Shown here piece after piece: positions 61,205 through 64,000 of a DNA stretch of 64,000 bases. Within the stretch, counting starts at the first letter, position 1. Each line of letters starts with the position of its first letter. The notes beneath the pieces are model-generated. The model saw only the letters and a list, made by a program, of their open reading frames with translations. It searched no databases and had not been told where the DNA came from. The position numbers were made by a program, and so were the translations under genes. This DNA is from Centroscyllium fabricii (Eukaryota), in contig JBNRSN020000015.1 of assembly GCA_051313645.2 (NCBI GenBank), forward strand, positions 60,946,001 through 61,010,000. Direction: 5' to 3'.

Positions 61205-64000
61205 TGTAGCGCCGGCAGGGCCTAGGAACCACACGTGAGCCAGAGCTAGAGAAAACACAGCTTTAATATACTGGTCCAAAACAAGAAAGAGAGTGAACCA
61301 CTCGCAACAAGCGTATTTAAACAGTCCCACGGTTGGTGACGTCATCGCGTCGGCCGACGTGGTGGCGTCGTCACGTCACCCGGATGAGCGGGGCTTTGCT
61401 CCGCGGAGTTCCCGTGGCGGATTCGATGTCCCAGTGGGCGTGCCGCCACACAGCTCCCCCCAGAATCCGTCCGGGGAGAAATAGTAACAGTGTCTATGTG
61501 TGCCGTTGGGGTGGCCGGATGATGCGGCCGGACCGTGTTGTCTGTTGCTCCTGGTTCTGCGGTGGAGTGTGGGCGGGTTTTGTTGCGGGCGGGCGACCGC
61601 GTTGTGGTGGTTGTGCGGGGACCGTTGTCTCACCCGCTATAACGTGTGCCGGCTTGAGCCGGTCTATTGTCACAGTGTCAGTCCTGTTGCCCATTTTTAG
61701 TTCAAAAGCTTTAGCTCCCGCCCGAAGCACTCTGTAGGGGCCATCGTACGGTGGCTGTAGTGGGGATCGGTGTCCGTCGCGCCGGACGAACACAAATTTC
61801 ACGTTTTTAATGCCGTCCGGCACCCGAGCTGCCGGCTCTCTGTGCCGGGCCACTGGTAGTGGCTGGAAAGCTCGTGCCGGGTTGGCGAAGTCTTTTAAAT
61901 ACTGGTCGGCTGACCAGGGAGCGTTGGGCTCAGCCAGAAACTCGCCCGGCAGCGTTAAAGTTTGGCCGTAGACGAGCTCTGCTGCCGAGGTGTTTAGGTC
62001 TTCCTTGACTGCCGAGCGCAGCCCGAGGAGAACCCATGGAAGGCGGTCGGTCCACGACGCGTCCTTGAGCGTGGCTCGTAGTGATGCCTTCATTGAGCGG
62101 TGGAACCGTTCGCATAGCCCGTTCGCTTGTGGGTGGTATGCGGTTGTTCGGTGTAGTGTCACCCCAAGGTCGCGGGCGATGGCCGCCCATAATGCCAACG
62201 TAAACTGGGGTCCTCTGTCGGAGGTGATGTCTGTGGGCACGCCGAAGCGGGCGACCCAGGTGGCGATGAACGCCCTGGCCAAGTCCATGGTGCTGGTGGC
62301 GGTGAGGGGGACTGCTTCTGGCCAGCAAGTGTTGCGGTCGACCATGGTCATTAGGTGCGTGTGGCCCCTGGATGGCAGTAGTGGCCCGACGAGATCGATA
62401 TGGACGTGGTCAAAGTGTCTGGCCGGCACTTTAAAAGTCTCCAGCGGTGCCCTGATGTGCTTATGCACTTTGGAGCGCTGGCAGGCAATGCAGGAGCTGG
62501 CCCAGGCGCGGACGTCCTTGCGCAGGCCGCGCCATACGAACCGGGCCGAGATTAATTTGATGGACGCGCGGGCGCCGGGGTGGGACAGGTCATGGGGGGT
62601 CCTAAATATGTGTCGCCTACAAGCGTGGGGTACGACTGGCCTGGGCTGTGGCAGGGATACATCGCAGCAGACGATGGTGGCAGCGGGGCCGTGCGCGATA
62701 TTGGCCAAGTGGAGGCCGGGGAGATTAGCTGCTGGGCGTAATCGACCGCCATTTGGGCGGCGTTAATGGCGGGGCGTGAGAGGCAGTCAGCGACCACGTT
62801 GTCGCGGCCGGAAATGTGCTGAATGTCGGTTGTAAATTCCGACACGGCCGCGAGTTGGCGCTGCTGCCTGGCCGACCAGGGTTCGGCGACCTTAGCCATC
62901 GCAAACGTGAGTGGCTTATGGTCGCTGAAGGCTGTGAAGTGGCGGCCCTCCAAGAGGAAACAAAAGTGTCGCACTGCCAGATGGAGAGCGAGAAGCTCCC
63001 TATCGAAGGCGCTGTATTTGACCTCTGGGGGCCGGAGTTGCCGGCTGAAAAAGGCCAGGGGCTGCCACGAGTTGCCGGTCCACTGCTCAAATACGGCCCC
63101 GACCGCATGGTCGGAGGCATCGGTGGTGAGGGCTACTCTGGCGTTGGGCCTAGGGTGGGCTAGGAGGGTGGCGTTTGCCAGGGTGGTTTTAGTTGCGGTG
63201 AAGGCGGTGGTGGCGTCGGCCGTCCACTCGACCGCAGCCTTGTTGGACTGCCCGCGGGTGGCCTGGTATAAGGGGGCCATGAGGGCGGCTGCTCCCGGGA
63301 TAAAGCGGTTATAAAAATTAACCATGCCTAAGAATTCCTGCAGCCCTTTAATGGAGTGCGGGCGGGGGAATTCCTGTACCGCCTGCACCTTGGAGGGCAG
63401 GGGTATGGCCCCTGTTTGGGAAATGCGGTGGCCGAGGAAGTCAATGGTATCGAGGCCGAATTTGCACTTGGTGGGGCTTAAGATAAGGCCGTGTTCGGCC
63501 AGGCGCTGGAACAGGGTCCTGAGGTGCAGGAGGTGTTCCTGGGGGGAGGTGCTGGCCATGAGGATGTCGTCTAAATAGACGAAAATGAACTTCAAGTCCC
63601 GTAGGACCGAGTCCATGAGGCGCTGGAAGGCCTGGGCCGCGTTTTTAAGGCCGAAGGGCATCCTAAGGAACTCGAAGAGCCCGAAGGGGGTAATAACGGC
63701 CGTTTTAGGAATGTCCGCCGGGTGTACCGGAACCTGGTGGTAGCCACGCACCAGGTCGATCTTGGAAAAGATCGTACAACCCGCTAATCTGGCGGAAAAA
63801 TCCTGGATGTGGGGTACGGGGTACCTATCCGGGGTGGTGGCGTTGTTTAGGCGGCGGTAGTCGCCGCAGGGGCGCCAACCTCCGTCGGGCTTGGGAGCTA
63901 TGTGGAGAGGAGAGGCCCAGGGGCTGTTGGAGCGGCGGATTATACCGAGTTGCTCCATGGTGCGGAACTCGGTGCGCACTATCTCCTGCTTGGCCGGGTC
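61205..64000 (-). mobile_element. Ty3/Gypsy LTR retrotransposon, 3' half (RT-RH-IN plus 3' LTR), truncated by the window end
   Basis: ORF 62552-63979 with [23 protein letters not shown]; ORF 61494-62708 with HxxxH..CxxC, HIDLVGP, SDRG, GLCER, GPY; frameshift near 62730; PPT ggggggag; LTR 61450-61205 with TGTGGCG...CGCTACA ends. Confidence 0.95.

Overview
Eukaryotic, repeat-dense DNA from a cartilaginous fish (shark/ray; inferred from HE1-type V-SINEs, CR1 LINE families and Deu-domain SINE remnants). The only host gene I can support is ABCC8 (SUR1, K-ATP channel regulatory subunit) on the + strand. Eight GT-AG exons (equivalent to human exons 11-18, about 660 coding bp over 15684-57619) splice in frame into the end of TMD1, the RKR ER-retention linker and the start of NBD1 (Walker A GQVGCGKS). 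Everything else is intron filled with nested transposons: many CR1 LINEs (one young copy with 739 open codons, one near full-length copy with tandem 5' UTR monomers), V-SINEs with two different LINE-derived tails, PIF/Harbinger-type non-autonomous elements with 3-bp TSDs, four hAT elements with 8-bp TSDs, one complete Gypsy provirus (33416-37848) and a second Gypsy cut by the window end. The most unusual signal is in the complete Gypsy. It has no tRNA primer-binding site; the 14 nt after the 5' LTR are instead the exact reverse complement of the LTR's own poly(A)-signal region, and its RT active site reads YLDN rather than YxDD. Other notable items are a 293-bp, ~98% identical fold-back in intron 14, a SINE tail swap, and MITEs carrying consensus splice donors on both strands. 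All family names and human exon sizes come from recall and visual comparison, not database searches; boundaries of degraded repeats are approximate.
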